A DNA stretch of 64,000 nucleotides, from NCBI GenBank assembly GCA_046563655.1, contig CM102290.1, positions 3,100,001 to 3,164,000 on the forward strand, written 5' to 3'. Below the pieces are notes generated by a model that was not told the DNA's origin, made no database searches, and was given only the letters and a program-made list of their open reading frames with translations. The position numbers and the translations under genes are program-made. Positions 26,314 through 43,900 of the stretch are shown piece by piece; position 1 is the first letter of the stretch; every line of letters begins with the position of its first letter. Source of the stretch: Yuukianura sp. NJ FZ-2021 (taxonomy: Eukaryota).

Positions 26314-28774
26314 CACCAGCCACACTCTACGTACTACGATTAGCTAGAGCCTTAACTTATTCTAATTAATTAGTTAACACCTTAGGCAGATTTGAGTTAA
26401 ATAAATTAATTCAATTAAAGATTTCAACGCATTCAAACCTTCAATTCAACTACAACGTTACTTGACTCAGGATTAACTTGTTTAACATAAAAAAAAGTTA
26501 ATGCAACAGGCTCTAAAAGTGAAAGTTTTAATTGGCTCAAGATTTCACAGAAAAAGTCAAATTCATAAATAGATTTTCTTAGTTTTTACTTTTCTTATGA
26601 TGTTTTTAAGTTAAAAAAAGTCTGGGAAATTTTTTGTTCGTTTTTCCTGTTTCTGGTTAGATTTGTCGGACTTTCTCCTTTATTTCTGGACAGAAAAGGT
26701 TGTAAATCTCTCGCTTTAAATTTATTAGGAAAACTTTGTGCGTCAAGTGGAAAAGTAGTAAAAAGAAAGGCGATGGAAAAAGTGGCTCCTGTGATTCTAA
26801 CCCAAAAGTTATGAAATTTTGGGGGAAACGGAAAAAGAAGAAGGTTTCAGTTTCACGTTCACTTTCACTTTGTTCTGTAAGTAGAAGAGGATCAGGGAAG
26901 CTGGAAGTAGACAGGCTCTGATTGTTATTTATTAGGAAAGAGGGATTAAGGACGGACATAAATCCAAACATCTTCAGTTTCGCCTTCAAACGTAACCACG
27001 GCCATCACTTCAAACTACCTAACCTAAACCTACCACTTCCATTAGTCTTCTTGACATTGAGTGGACCTAGAGGAGGCTCTGCATTTCCTCTGATCTTACA
27101 AAATCATGTTCTACAATCTAGTTTCGCAAGGATTTTCTCCTAAGACACTTTTCACCCTCCCCGGTTTTCCTTTTTTACAAAAAAAAAATGAAAGTGAAGG
27201 AGAAAAAAATTATGGAAGACTTGTCGGATGGCGTTTAGAGGCCTAAAGTAACCACATACTTCGGTAACACTTTGGTAAAAGTGTAAAAAAAAAACTGTCA
27301 AGATCACTTTATCATGTAAAGGATGCAAAAAAAAGCAATCCAACGTCATTTTTCAATTCCAAAATAACACATCACTAAGAAAACTTCCTGAAATTACGGC
27401 ACATTTTTAAATAATTTTTCCAAAATCTGCACGACTTCTATTTTCATCTATCCGTCCAGTTTCAAAGTTCAGAATTTCTAATACTTCCCACAGTTAGACT
27501 TCAAAATTTTCCTAAATTTTTCCTACAGCAAAAGACAGAGAGATTGCGTTTTCAACATACGTTTTTAACATACGAATGCGTTAGCGTAACTACTGTTAGT
27601 AGTTACATAAAAAGCGAAAGTTATTACTCAATTTTTTTTTGAAATTCTGTAGATTCGGCACACTTTTTTTTTGAGACGGATTTTGTGTTTGTGAAGGGCC
27701 CCGTAAGCCTTTAGAGTTGTGTTTAAGGACCATTGTAACGTGATTGGTGGGCGTGTGAGGAGGAGTGGCGTAAGAATGGAGCTGCCCTTGGGTGCGGAGT
27801 GATTAGGACTAAATTATAAGTTTGTGCTGGGTTAATTAGGTGCTGGTTGAAGTGGTGTCGTGGGACTGAATGGGTGATTTGGCCTTAATTAAAAGTGTAG
27901 GAAGGCTGTGGATGGATGGGCGACAAGGGAACAATCTCTCCACTTTCAGGCACTTACTTTCGCCTTCACTTTCACTTCCACTTTCCAACGCACAATTAGG
28001 CCCCAATCTCAGCATTCAACTCCCACACCACTCTAGCGTCTTTTTTTGCCAAAAGTTTCCAGTCACTTTGCCAAAATTTAGCAGAAGACATGCTTAACCC
28101 AAGACTTCACGAAAATTTGAATTCCTTGTTTTATACTGAATCACAAACGCCACTCAACGTTTTGAAAATTCTTTTATAAAAAATCTGTTAGCAGTCCATT
28201 AGTTGCGGATTGTTGGGGAATTCTCCTTTCTACGGTTATCAACATTTGCACTTTGAAATCAATAAGATCCAATTATTGTTGTTAAAGCTTCATCAAATGC
28301 GAACTTAATGTAAACAGGACACAAATTATTAATATAAATAAAATTTTCAAAATATAAAAATTCGCCCGATACATCACTCGCAATGTTCAAACTGATAGAG
28401 ATTTACGTTCGTACGTTATTCCACTGTGACCCTGGTGGTGTTGAAATAACTGGAAACAACAATTAGTACTTTGTTTTCGACTTTAATTGTTACTAAAAAG
28501 CAATTTAGCAATGCTAATTCATTATGAATAAGAACTAGTTAATTTAAAATTAGTAAATAAAATCTTGGCATAAGTTATGCCCATACGTAATAAACAGGTG
28601 AAACAAATGTGAGAAGCTGCTTGTGCAGTCTTGAAAAATTAATCAAAACAAAGTTGCTTGATTGAGGCCATGTGTTTGTGTTTTTTCTTTAAAATTTTAA
28701 AAAGCCAACAATAATTAACAATTAACTTAATAATTAGTGCGATTAACAGAAAACATAGTTGAAATCGGTTGCAA

Positions 28775-31540
<2,766 letters not shown>

Positions 31541-32351
31541 TCAAAATGGAAATAAAACTCACTAGAAGTTGAACAAGAAAAGATTTACTGTGAATTGAAA
31601 TTCTTCTAGTGGAGAAAATTGTTAGTATAAAAATATTCAGAATTATAAACTAGTAGATCAGTTACAATAATTAAAGTTACGATAAAGTATAATAGGTTTA
31701 TGCCAGGTTGAAGCGGGAAGGTGTAAAGGCGAAGTCAATGTCCATTGGTACCGTAATGATTCTGGAATTGACCTTTAGCAATTTAGCATCATGAAATAAA
31801 TTATAAAGTAAATTTTAGAAGCAAAAAAACAGTTGGAGGCCGTGTGGTGTGCGATACATCATAAAAACAAAATGGATAAAACGAATTCAGAATGTTGTTT
31901 ACAAAGTTCAGCCTTTCATGCTTTAAGAATAAGAACAGTCCAGTATACTGTTTCGTTCTGGGTCAAAGGTCAAATGAATAAGGCCTATACGTATACTGCA
32001 GGCTACCTTTAACCTAGTTACTAATTTACTAAAAATTAATCCTACAACTAACTTTTAACTTTCGGTCTTATGAATTTGACCTTCTGGCATTTTTTTTTGG
32101 CTTTTTTAAATTTTTCAATTCTAAACTCCATTGTTTTTTCGGTTTGGTTTTTGGAAATGACAAAAAAATGAAATTCAAACTGCGAGGTATTTGTGTTCCA
32201 TAAAAAGAAAAATGTTAGACCTGAAATTTTTCTAAAAACTAAAACTTTAAGATTTCTAAAAAAAAATCTAAATTTTTTGAAATATGCTCTTACGTATTGA
32301 TTTGTCACAGAATAACATCAATAACACTTTTGCCTTACTTTGACCATAAAT

Positions 32352-35300
32352 TTACTTGAATGATCTCTTGTGCGTGAGCCCTTTAGGTTTCGGTGGATCA
32401 ATTTTGTCTTTGGCTGAACTGGAGGCCGTTGGACGCATGAAACTGAGGATGCGCGGTGTCAAGCTTTTGTTTTTGTTGTCAGACGAACCTTTAGTTGGAT
32501 TTGAGCTAATGGCGGATCCGTTTAAACTGTTATCGTTTTTGCCATTTTTTGTCGGCAGAAGAACAGCCGATGTGGGTCGATTGTTGTTGACATTCAGCGG
32601 TTTTCGAACTGGAAGAGCACTGACCTGAAGATGTCCTGGAAGAACAGCACCACCGGAAGTAGCTTTGGATTTTCCATCCGGAAACTCCCGAACGGTGTTG
32701 ACAGTGGATTGGCTCGTCAGAGAACTGCGTGACCCCTGAAGACTTGTTCTGGATCCTCCATTGACATGCGGTAGTTCCGCTGGTGAATTTTCTTGGTGAC
32801 TCTTCTTTCTCGTCAAGGGAAAGATGCCACCAAGTCGTTTTTCAACATTCCCACGGCCACCGCCGTCGCCAACGGTCGTCGCGTCTTGTCTCAGAAGTCT
32901 GTGTCTGCCATTCGGAACTTTTTGAACACCGCCGCCGTGACCGTGCAGAGCACTCATGGGATCCGATTGGCTGTTCGTTTCTGAAAGTGAACTTTGTGAC
33001 TCTTCAAATCCTTCATCTCGCTCAGTACTTCCTGGAGAGGAGCTAAGGAGGAGGCCTTTGTTGGATCCAGTACTATCACGACCACTTGGAGCTGGAATGG
33101 CAAATATTGGCTTAGTTCCGCCAGTACTATTGGACATTCCAGGGTCACTTGGCTCGTTAGACACTTTTCGACCAAGAGCCAAGTGAACATGTCTTGGCTC
33201 AATCATGCTGGAACTTCTGGGATCATTACGAGGGCGCGAAAACGGCCGAGGCCTCGTCGGTTCATTGTTGCCTGTACAGACAACTTTGGCTTCAATTCCA
33301 TTAGATGCTGCTCCGCCACTGTGAGAATCTCCAGTAATGTCAACTTTTGATACGAATTTTTGTGTTGGAGGTTTAGATGCATTTGGAATTTCTTTTTTGA
33401 TGGTTGGAGATTCGGGCCCTTTTTTGTAGCGCCGTGACCTGCGAATTGATGAGAAGCGATCAAAGCCTTCTTTGGTTCCAACTGAGGCGTAACTGTCTGG
33501 ACTTTGAGCACCGTCCTTGACACCGTCTTCTTTTACAGACGGAGACCGTCGTAGAAGCTTTCCAGTTCCAGTGGCAGCGATAGATTTTTCGGGAATGTAA
33601 AGCACCAACTTCTCGTCCTTGGTTTGATTTCCAAGCGATTCAATTAATGATCTCCTTCCGCTCTCCTGTAAGCAAAATTTCAAAATTTCAAAACTTACTA
33701 AAAACATTATTCTAATTATTGAATACGTACAGGGTACTGCGGAGGAGATTCCGAGTCTCCACTGGCTGATGCTGGAGATACGAGTGATGGTCGCCTCCAA
33801 CCAAACTTTTCCTTCACAGGGCTCTGAACTTCTACAAAAAGTTAGCAATGAATATGTTAAAGTAGAGGTCCAAAGTTATTTGAGAAGTCAGATTAAAGTA
33901 AGAGTTAACAGGTTAAAGCTTACTCTCTATAGCTTCCATGGCACCGACAACATCCGTGTTGACAGTAAGTGACGGTTTCCTGTCAGGGTACACACGTTGA
34001 TATGTCGTTGGATGTGACTCTTCTTCCGGATCAGCCTCTCCCTCAGGCAATGTCGCCAGTCCACCCGACACACTCTCTCCGCGTGTTTCCATTCCAAGGC
34101 GACGCTGGAACTTTTGCGGAGGCGGTCTCACCCGTTTCGGAATTTCTCCACTCCCGCCATTTTCAAGGTCAACAAACCAAGCAGCGATTCTCTCACGCCA
34201 TTCCCTGCAAGTGTAAACAAAAACCAAAATTTTGGAGTAGGTTTTAAAATTACTCACATTTTGTTGTGAATTTTTGTGTGCGAGTGCATTTACCTCACTG
34301 GACTTTCTCCCTTGGGCTTCCTTTCTCCGTCTGCTTTTGAATCTGAACCAATTCTGGGATCGTTTGTGTCATTTCCTGCCTTGTGATCAGGATGCGCAGG
34401 GGCAGGAGATACTGGTCGTTCACGCTCGTCGTTGACAAAATCCATGAGATTTGGACGCCTGCGTGTTTTTCTGGACCAGGAACGATCCAGTGATCCATAC
34501 TGTTCCATTCCACGTTTCTCTCTGAGTCCTTCGGACGAGGATCCTGACGAACGCAGAAAGTCCATCAATCCTGTTTCATCTTCTTCCGAAGGAATGCGAC
34601 TTCGACGACGTCGAAGTGATCCGTTCGGTGTGATATCTAAAGTAAGCAAAAAAAAATTCTAACTTTTTTTCAAAATTTCAAAATTGAATGTGTTTTCTTC
34701 TCAAAATTTTACCAGGAGATGGCAGTGTGAGTTGATCAGTTCCAACTGTATTTGGGAGTTGTGCGCCGGCTCCATTATTGTTATCCGACAAAGAGCCTAG
34801 GCGCCTGCGTACAATTCTTGGAGAACATGCAATGAAAATATCGTCTTCTGGATTCAGTGCTATTCCCTTGTTCTGAAAATAGGCAAGCATGAAAAGCTTT
34901 CAATTCTTTTTTCTAAAAATTGGTTTAAAGAACTTACATGATTCAAATCTTCCGTGAGTTGTGCCTGGTTCTGCCAATTGACTTGCGTACTGCGTCTTCT
35001 AAGTTGTTCTTCCCGTGCTTTCCGCCTTGTTTCTGCTTCAACCTCTTGTTTCCTCCTCTGCGCATTCTCCTGCGCAGCTACTTTCCATTTCGTCGTAAAT
35101 ATGAACAGGATCCGGAAACACTCTTCGAGCTTAAACGTTTGCAAATCTTCACAAAAGAATTGAGCCAAGTCTTTCCGCGTTTGTTCCACTTGGACCAAGT
35201 ATGATTCCAGTGAGCTAATCTGAACCATTGCCTCCTGCATAAGGTCAAAAGGTCAAATTTTATACAAAGGTCACCAATGGGGTGTTAGCGCAGGGTGTGA

Positions 35301-38300
35301 AAATTGTGGTTATCCAAATATTTGGTAAGTAGTTACCTTGAAGAAGGTTTCAAATTGATTGATGACGTCCTTAGGCGTGAGTGGATTTGTAAGTTGTTGA
35401 CAAATGTTTGTCACTTTGGAGTTGAGTGATAGGATTTCAGCCTGGAGTTGGTCACTGCTCGTTCTAAAGGCGTTAAATAGTCAATTGGACAGTGATTAAT
35501 TACTTTGTAAACTTACAATAATCCTAAGCTACAGGTTTACTTTGGAGTAATACGATATCAAAAAATGGACTTACTTGGAAGCCTCTTCCAAGGACGGCAT
35601 GTCGTTGACAAAGGAGATTAGGCGGGGGTTCCTCCCTTCTGCTTGCTAAAAAGCAAATTACGTTCAATTTTAAATTAACAAGTGGTACAAAATTTACATT
35701 TTAAAAAGTTTCAGGCGCCAAGAAAAAACTTACCGTTGAAATAAAATGGAGAAGACTCACTCCAGGTTTGTTCCCACGAATGTCGGTAATCTTTTGCAAA
35801 GATGCTAATTTCACCCCTGCTGCGTCTCCCGCATAACCACCCTGTCAATACCAAATTTGAAAAAAAAAAAGTAAAAATTTCAATTCTGAAACATTCCGCA
35901 ATAAAAAAAATCTCGAAATGATTTTTCCTTACAGAGTTGAGGAAATTTCCGGCGACGAGAATCATAAAAATTACTTCCTGAAATTCTTCAGACGCTTTCA
36001 CATCTTAAAATTTAAAAAAAAAATCAAATTCTTTATTTTGGGATGAAATTTTGACTTTCAGAGTTTGAAATTTTGAAGGTTTGAGTGTAAAACGAACCTT
36101 GAGCAGCTTGAAGAATTGCTGTAATTGAGGATTCAATGCTGGATGCACATGTTTCCAGTTCTTCTTTGAGAAGCATCGCTTCAATTCGTAATTTGTAACC
36201 CGGTAACTTAATTAATTGTAACAAAAAATTTTCAGCACTAGCCAATTTCCCTGTGTCACTTTCTGGAACGGAACTCAACATTTCAATTTCATCTGAAGAT
36301 GGAAGTATTTTGAGTAGTCCGCGCAGACGCTCTGCTCCAAAATCTTCAGAAGAACCACGCAGAATCAATTCAATCATTTCTCCATAAGAACTCCGAAACT
36401 GTTTTAGAAAAATGTTGATGTTGAGACTGCGTTTGGCATCCAGAATTGTCACCTGAAATGTTATACATTATAATCACAATTTTAAAATTTCATTTTGGCA
36501 CCTTTTTTTTTGCTTTTTTGTTCGAAATTTTGAAAGTTTACCTCAGACGATTCTCTACGTACTGCACGTTTGTCTCCGTCGCCATCACCAGAAGGCGTCC
36601 GCGTAACTGCCATATTGCTTCCGTTGTTAACCGATTGTTTTTCCGTTTGGAGACAAAAGAGTCCTTCCAGCGTCGTCCAGTCCAAAGCTACTTTAGAATT
36701 TTGTTTTTTAGCAATTGTGGCCCAAAGATTGTCACCAGACAGTACTTGGCCACTTGGAATTTTGTTCCAATTGACTGTTCTCATTTTGGCTTTTGGAACT
36801 GGAATGGACTGTTGTGGAAGTTTCGGAATGTCTTTTTTGAATGGTGGGGGAAGGCCACCAGGCGGAGGCGGAGGTGGTGGGGCAGCTCCACCCATTAGAG
36901 GAGGTGGTGGTGGTGGGACTGGCGGGGGAGGTGGTGGGGCCAGTGCTGGAACTTCGGTGGTGGCTTCCGGTCGTTCACTTTTGTGGCATCCACAATTGAT
37001 ACATTTTTCTCCATTGGCTAAAAAAAATAAACACAAAACGATTTTTCGGCATTCATTTGCTCCTACCATTTTTTGCAAGTCAAACAATGTGCAATTTTTT
37101 GCTGGTCATGCAAGGAGTGGAATATTTTTTTTTGCAAATTGGTATTCCTATTGGTTAGTTCGTTAGGTTGCTAATTTTTGTTTTTACAACTCTGTTGACA
37201 AATGACATGAAAAGTGACATGAATCTGTTTAAAAATTCCCTCTTCTGTTTGTCTTTTTGACTCAAGTGACAACGCAATAAAATGTCACATAATTCCTAAC
37301 TACAGAGGAGTCAAGTGCTCAAACTACCAAATGTCCACAGAGACTTAACTGCCAAAATATGGAAAAAAAATTTATGTAGCAAAAAAAATTTGGTAATTTT
37401 TTTTTAGTATTGTCCAGATTTGACCAATTTTACAAAACAGTTTAGCGTTAAGTTCCCGACGAATCAGAATCAGCTCTCGGCTGAAATTTTATAATGACAA
37501 CAAAAGTTATAAATTGAAGTAATTAATAAAAAGTTATTAGAACAAAATCTATAAGTGTTTTGAAATTTTTTTGCAATTTTGTTATGCTACTTTGTGTCAA
37601 CGTTGTGTTTTTTCTCTTTCACTTTTTAAAGCAATTACTCTTGTTCATTTTGGAACTGATTTCCATTTTTAGTCTTTTGACAGTACTAATTGCTTTGAGT
37701 TCATCTCCCTCTCGTTAGTGTTATTTTTAGTCTCCAAACATTAATCTGTGTGTTCATTTATTTTTTTACCTTTGAGCTTTTGTAAGGACTTGGAGTGACT
37801 AGGCGTCTTGAGGAGGCGAAGTGCATCATCACTGGACTCAATGAGCGTTGCTCGATGAACAAGCTTCTCAGCAGCATCCCAAATCAAATCCGAAATCGGT
37901 TCTTTGGCCTCAATTCTCAAAAGATGCTGGAGAAGGCACAGGAACGGCCCCTCCAGCGGTGAATCTGCAATCGGGCGCAAAATGGCGTCGAATACCTCCA
38001 GCGGACTGGAGAGGTCAATTCCACAAGAGTTCGGGGCAACTTGAGACTCGTCACTCTCTTTCTGCTCGTCAAATACGTCCAGCTGAACTAGGAGGTCTGG
38101 AAACTCCTTGTGCTTTGACCTGCGCGCCAAAATTTAAAATTTTAGGTGGCACTGGTTGTAATGAAGTTGTTTCCAAAGTTACCTCAAGTCACTGAGACCT
38201 TGCAGCAGTTTCAAACCGATAAATTCCGATCGGACCCGAATCCGTTCTCGTAAATCCGGTGTCGCCAGAATGAGACAATTGATGAATGCGAGAACTGCTG

Positions 38301-40980
38301 TTTGGTACTCCACGGTAGGAGACGTCCGAAGTTCCTGGACAATGAACTTGAAACGGTAACGCTCTGCTCGGTGACTCTAAAGTTCAGAAATGGCGGGAAT
38401 TTTTAAATTTTATTGCTTTCGGCATATTGATTGTTGCTTTATTTTATGATTTGTTGCCTTGAAGTAGTCGAGTGCCTGAAGTGTCCTTGCATAGCCTTCG
38501 TTACTGTAAACGGCTAGGGCTGACAAAAGTTCAAAAACTTGTTTCTTGACTACAAAGTTCTTGGATTCAAGAGCTAATCAAAAGGAAATAAGAAAAAGTC
38601 ATCGTTAGTCGATTCAAAAAAGTGCTGGAAGAAAAGAGCGCGATGTTTTGAAACAGTCATGAATAAGGGTGGAGTGACGCTTATTTTGTTTATGGTTCGT
38701 CCAAAATGGAAGATCAAACTGTGCAGATAAGTTTAAAATCCTTGCTACAACGTTTCAATTCATCATCAAGCAGTACAGAATTTGCCATTGTAAATTTTCA
38801 AAAAAAAAAAAAAAACTTTCGTTTTTTTTAAATTTCCTCGTATGGTTACACAAGTTCTGGAATTTGAGCTACATTGTCCACTCCACCCTAAGAGTGAAGA
38901 TCACGACTGCACGACTGACTTTCCCGGTTAGTGGTACATCCTTAACTTTTTTTGAAATTTTTTTTTTGAAATGGTTAATTGATCCAAGGACTCGTTGGCA
39001 GCTACTAAGAGCTAAAGGGACTCGTTAGGCCAAATTGGCGTTGCCATAACAACTTAAACTCCGCGCCCTTCCCTTGGCGTCTTCCAAATTTAGGCAAAGG
39101 GTTGTCCGTTATGGACTGACTAGGAAGTGTCACTCCTAACTACACCATAAGCTAAGTTGACGACGACGCTCTGGGAAGTCCTTGGATCCTTAAGCACCTC
39201 TCACAGAATTACGTTTTGACTCAGAAGGTAGTTTGAAAAGCCTATGTTAGTTTGGATTTGTTACACAAATGCCTTGATCAACGACTTGAATCTTCAAGAT
39301 CGTCAGTTAACCTTTGAAATCTCCTCTTGTCGTCTTGATCTTCTCAATTCTCAATTTGGAAGTGGCTGGTCTTGAGTAATCACAAGATAACAACAGAATC
39401 ACTATCTTCATTTAGTAGTTACTCCCTCTGCCACAAATGTTAGCCTACGTTTTTTCTCAAATTTTGTTAGTGTAAGCTTTTCCAAAAAGTTGTTCTAAAC
39501 TTTTCCGGGAAGGCTTTGCTTTCCAAAAAAAACTTTTTTGTAAGACTATGTTTTCTAAATAAAATTTTGTTTTTGAAATTTGTTAAGCTCTGTAGACACA
39601 CTTGAATGTGACCTGAGATGAGATGTGTCAATGATGAAGGTTGGTAGGTCACTGACAGACGGCGTAAAATTGACTCAAATTGACGTCATGCAAATTCGGG
39701 ATTTAAAATATCTACAAAATCCATGTCCACCTTAATCCACCTTAAAAATGTTATCCAACACTACACTAAGTTGACATTACAAAGAAAAAAATAGTCTTTT
39801 TTTACAACTCGCATGTCACTGTCAAAATGAAATACGTCAATTCACCCTTAGGCTTGTCTAATCTCTAAAAAAAAGTATTTTTGACCAAAATTAATCCGAA
39901 ATTTATCTAGTTTCAAACGAAATTTCACTCCAACGCAAATTTTTCAGCAATAAAATAAAAATTCCAGTTTTTTTTTCCTAAACTCATTTTTTTTCACTAC
40001 TTGCTTGAGTAGCTAGCTTGAGATAATTTGACTGTAAAGCAGTTTTATTAAATTGGCACAAATCAGCTTAAGTAATAAAGTCGAAGTTTACTTTTGCTTT
40101 GTCTTTTGAAACTTGCATTTTCTGCTTAATTGGAAATTTGCAGACGAAAAATCAAGTTTTTCAGCTTTTTTTTCTCGTTTTTGTTTTGTTTTGGACTAAC
40201 TCGTGTGCCTCTCAATCAGCAGAAATTTATCGATCCAGTTGCGATAAAAATTTAACGACTCCACGTAATGGATTTAATTGTTTTGTAAAGTGAGGGTTTT
40301 AGAGACTTTTTTTTGAAAATTTTCTGGAAGAGTTCCAACATTGGACAACCAAAATTTACAATAAATGTTTTGATTATTCATCGACTTCTTGGAAAAAAAA
40401 GTCTCAAAAATCATCTTCGCCAAAAAATTTTTGTTACCAAAAAAACAGAACTTATTTTGGGGTGCTAAAATCCCACACTACCTCTTTAACTTCCTTGAAA
40501 TTTTCCCTTTCAAGTTTGTTATTTTTTACTTGAATGAATTGCTAAGTCACCATTACACCAAAAACGTGTAAGTCTGAGTTTCATTGACTTAACTGGCTCC
40601 ACCACCGTAACATTACAACAAATTTCACGAATTACGTAATCTTTTGTTTGGGGTTATTCCTAAGGTGGGTGTCAATTTGTCAGTAAACGCCGACTTCCGA
40701 AGGCGCCCACTTTCCAGAACTTTCTTTAAGCAGACCAATATATCAAAACTTGTCATCGCAAATTTAAGGGTGCATGACTAACCTAAGGTAAAGCTGCGCC
40801 TGCGCAGTAAAGTTAAGCTTGCACAGGCGCAGCTAGATTAAAAAACTTACCAGAAGCTAACTTTTGGACATAGTCAGCATTCTCCACGATGTAGTCAAGT
40901 CCAACACGAGCTGAGTCCATCATGGCTTCCGTAGGATCCATCCGACCATTGATCTTGTTCGTCCCATGCATGACGACCAT
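32352..40980 (-). CDS. form3: Inverted formin (INF2/Formin-3-like): partial DID, FH1, FH2, long disordered tail; ~16 coding exons, further 5' exons likely up to ~43700
   Basis: [43 protein letters not shown] (INF2/form3-type DID), poly-Pro FH1, [39 protein letters not shown] (FH2), C-terminal SFMRPTASS. The start codon is uncertain because the frame is open to the acceptor at 40987. Confidence 0.9.
40792..40834. repeat. 15-bp GC-rich inverted repeat with 13-nt loop, 16 nt inside a formin intron
   Basis: AGCTGCGCCTGCGCA (40792-40806) / TGCACAGGCGCAGCT (40820-40834). Confidence 0.8.
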
Positions 40981-43900
40981 TGTAATCTGGAAATGGAAAG
41001 TAATCGATTACAAATAGACTGATCATGACTTGAAAACGGATGTTATTTTTTCATTTTGAAACACCCTGTACTTGACAATATTGGACTTGTTCCCTCTCTT
41101 TACCATAGTCAAGGCTAGAGTCAGTGGATGTTAATAGACAAGGACACTTCGTGCACCGTGCACAGAGAGGAAATAATGGCACACTATTATTTGAAATATA
41201 AATTTTAAAAGACTTTGGCAATGGTAATAATACAACACAGAGTTGCCCAATATGGGTAATAGGGTGAAGGCCTTTGGTTTTGATGGATCACCTCTATCAT
41301 GTGCGAACAGTTTTGCTCATCCGCGATCACCATGCGCATACGCACAACTTCCGCAACTAACTTAACAACGTTTCCGAACAATTCCCACCTTCAATGCGCT
41401 TATACAAATAACTTCCGCACGGTCTTCTGAAAACCTACGAATGTAAACAGCAACTTTCAAAATTTTGAGCGAAAAAATTTGGATTAACAGGAACATAAAA
41501 TTTAGAAATCTGCAGGCCTGCACCAGTGGCATGGAGAACCTTTTTAGTATTTTGCATGCACTTCCATATTGACACTGTCTCCTTAATTAACTATACACTA
41601 GAGGTTGCATACTGAAGGCATATATAAAAAAACAGAATAAAAAAAATTTGCAACATGGAGTAACATTGTCCCAAAATTTTGATTTTGACTGCTCTCCATA
41701 GTTTCTGCGACGCAGAGACCAACGGAGCCCTTATTTTGCAAATCCAGGGAGCCCTTGAGGCCCAAATTGACAAAAGAGTTGTCAGATGGGATGTCCAAAT
41801 TTGAATTTTATGGAAGGAGATGGATGGACTCTGGCGTTTTTGACCAGAAGGAGTGGAGCATATCTAAATGGGATTTTAGCATTTAGGAACTCATCATCAA
41901 AAAACGTTAAAAGCATTAAGGGAACCTTCCTAACCTAAGGTATATCGAAACTGCGAATCCAGAAGAACTTGAAAAAAAAACTAACCTGTTGGAAACGCAT
42001 TCTAATCACTTCACCTTTGTGTATACACGGCGTCTTTCGTCCTTTAGAATTTACAAAATCAAAAGAAACTTTGAAGGAAACACCCAACTCCAGTCCAGCA
42101 CCCACTCAATTTTTCAGGAAAATAAAACTAGTCAGTGTTATGTAAAATTTTAAACAAAAAACATCAAATGAATTTTGAAACAAAACCTTTTCTTACACCA
42201 CAATTACAAAAAATTATAAAGGCCAACTAAAAAATTAGAAACGCAAAATAATCCATGATACTTTTTCTGTTTTTTTTTTAAAAACATTTTGTTTCACTTT
42301 TTTTGTTAAAATGTTTCTCTTTTTTCTTCAAATTTCTGAAATCTTGTTTTTTATGCTTGTAGTGCTTAAGTATTCTTATTCTGCGTAAATGAGATCATCT
42401 CTCAACGCCTGTTGACTTATAAAGTCAAATGTACAAGCACGATTTGTCCAGAAGAAGCCTTTAGTATAATGAAAGTACCACAAATGATGTCATATTTTCA
42501 TTGTGTCAAAAAATGATGACCGAGTAGATAAAATTTCTATTCAACCAAAAAAAAAATCAACAGTAGTACAAAAAGTGCAACGACCTAAACTAAAAAAAAA
42601 AGTGCTTACCATCGAATTTGAATTTTCCATACGCTTCATTGCATTTTGAAAATGCAAAGCTATCTGTTATTCTCATCTAAACTTGACGTAAAAGGCAATT
42701 TGAAAATTAATTTTGCTTGAAATTGCAAGTCAAGCAGATTTTTAGTAAAAACTGAAACTGAAAATCGATTCTGCTAACACACTCTGCGGTCAAATTCCAA
42801 ATCTAAAACTTTTTTTTTTGAAAAATTGGCTTTCAGTATACCAAGACCATGTTTGCTTTATAGTTTTCATTTTCGAAATTGAAATTTTGAATTGCAAAGC
42901 AACATTTATGCTGGATTTTGTTTGCTGCTGTATTTACATAACTTGTTCGTTTCTTACGCATAAGACTGTAAAGCAAAAGCATTTTTAATCCCAAAAACTG
43001 ACAATAGGATTAAACGTAAATCATTTTAGCCAGACGCCACATTTTCATTTTTACATCGTCATTTGTGAGCCTAAACTGCTTCAATTTAAGCCCGTTTTGA
43101 AATGTAGACATGCGCAGGTTGAAAATTTCAAAAAATGAAAAATTGAACTTTGACTTACGTAATTTCCAGTAGCTCCCTTGCAAAAATGTCACTTTCACGG
43201 CTGTCTCCTTCACGTTTGACCTCCTTATGTACAGAATCAGTTGTCTATGTCAATGGAACTGTCCATTGTACAGCACGTACTGTGATTCTCAGTTCAATTC
43301 CCTTTCTTCATTGTTGTTCTTCCGTGTTCAAAAGATCCAGGGAAGTGCCAAAGGTAAACAACAATTGAGAAACAATGGACTTCTTTCTGGTCAAAAGTGA
43401 ATAATAATATGGGAATGGTAACCTATTGTTGGTCCAACTTCTTGAGACTTACGCCACAACCACCACCACCACTACTACTGCCCAACTAAACAATACTACA
43501 CTTTTACTTGCTCCACAAAATCATGCACATTTCTTCCTGCTCCTTCTGCAAAAACGGATGGACCTTCTGTAAGCTACGGATGACCTCACTTTCCCACTTC
43601 ACAATGACGATAATCAGACCTTTTCTTAGAATTTTCAGAAATTTGAACTCAAATTTTCAAGAAAATTTTGACGGAAGTGTTACAATTTGAACGTTGAACT
43701 GAAAAAGTGACACTGGGCGACAAAGTTTACTTTTCCTTTTTTAGAGTCTGCGCGCAGGACGACGACTTGCGACAGCGGCGGTTTAAAACGAAAAAAGTGA
43801 AAGGTGCCAAAAGCCCTTGTCGGGGTGCTTGATGAAGAAGTGCTTGAGGAGTCATTCACTAATCAACTGCTGAGTGAACTTAAAACACTTTTGGATTCTA

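Noticed and set aside
32356..37166. Plus-strand ORFs overlapping the formin (e.g. 36570-37166, 198 aa)
   Set aside because: Antisense shadows of GC-rich, Pro-rich coding exons.
41055..41071. TTTGAAACACCCTGTA, resembling a Tc1/mariner MITE terminus
   Set aside because: No partner TIR found nearby.
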